A DNA stretch of 64,000 bases. It comes from a virus. Lineage: Duplodnaviria > Heunggongvirae > Uroviricota > Caudoviricetes. The notes below the pieces were generated by a model. It was not told the origin of the DNA. It was given only the letters and a program-made list of their open reading frames with translations, and searched no databases. The stretch lies in IMG/VR virus record IMGVR_UViG_3300025009_000058; one strand, given 5' to 3'. The position numbers were made by a program, and so were the translations under genes. Positions 63,743 through 64,000 of the stretch are shown here, piece by piece. Position 1 is the stretch's first letter, and each line of letters opens with the position of its first letter.

Positions 63743-64000
63743 ATGTCTGAAGATCAAATACCAAAAAAGATTTACGATGTATTAAAAAAATTAATGAATC
63801 TAAAAGAAGGTGCAGAAAAAATAGGCTCAATTCATGAAGCAGAGAATGCTGCAGCCAGAATTAATGAAATTCTTCTTAAATATAACTTAGAGCTTTCTGA
63901 AATTAAATTTTCAGAGAAATCAAAGATTGAATATGATGAAACAGCTTTACCAGGTATTGTATTTGAAGATGGAATATTTAAAAATAAACGTAAAAATGAA
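63743..64000 (+). CDS. Hypothetical protein (5' portion; continues past the window end)
   Basis: ATG at 63743. The open frame MSEDQIPKKIYDVLKK... runs to the end of the window. Confidence 0.4.
   Translation, partial: MSEDQIPKKIYDVLKKLMNLKEGAEKIGSIHEAENAAARINEILLKYNLELSEIKFSEKSKIEYDETALPGIVFEDGIFKNKRKNE

Overview
This window reads as a lytic phage genome segment from an AT-rich host, roughly 28-30% GC by eye. It has two divergent arms.

The minus-strand arm (1-41.4 kb) runs from a divergent control region at 41.4-42.4 kb, through many small genes, into a packaging module at the low-coordinate edge. It encodes:
- an ATP-dependent DNA ligase;
- a T4 gp42-like dCMP hydroxymethylase;
- a flavin-dependent thymidylate synthase (ThyX);
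- an SPFH/prohibitin protein;
- a lysis region with a lytic transglycosylase;
- a large terminase split into separate ATPase and nuclease ORFs, with a DnaQ-like exonuclease and a DUF4031 gene nested between them;
- a partial portal gene at the window edge.

The plus-strand arm (42.4-64 kb) carries replication and nucleotide-metabolism genes: a putative replisome organizer and loader, a DnaB helicase, a sigma-70 family factor, an SF2 helicase, a 5'-3' exonuclease, a MazG-like NTP pyrophosphatase, an acyl carrier protein, a second ThyA-family enzyme, a Tmk-like dNMP kinase, two C5-cytosine MTase-fold paralogs, an amino-MTase with a degenerate DPPY motif, a SAM-MTase/glycosyltransferase fusion, a 707-aa multi-domain glycosyltransferase, a DnaG primase and a dCMP deaminase.

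The two stand-out signals are:
1. A T-even-like but much expanded deoxycytidine replacement/hypermodification gene set. Both ThyA-family paralogs carry Asp at the ThyA Asn177-equivalent position.
2. A highly conserved ~22-nt promoter-like motif (plus-strand consensus TTGACAAAACAAATATAATACA) found at least 17 times, 20-45 nt upstream of minus-strand start codons, plus one reverse-oriented copy before the dNMP kinase gene. It coincides with a phage-encoded sigma factor and a sigma-region-4-only protein.

Other features include:
- a moron-like plus-strand island at 5.9-7.4 kb with its own terminator;
- several iteron/palindrome-rich noncoding regions (5.4-5.9, 7.4-7.87, 10.77-12.2, 28.03-28.41 and 41.4-42.4 kb);
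- a tRNA-like element with a non-canonical anticodon loop;
- tandem paralog families.

No integrase, transposase, CRISPR array or single-subunit RNAP was seen.
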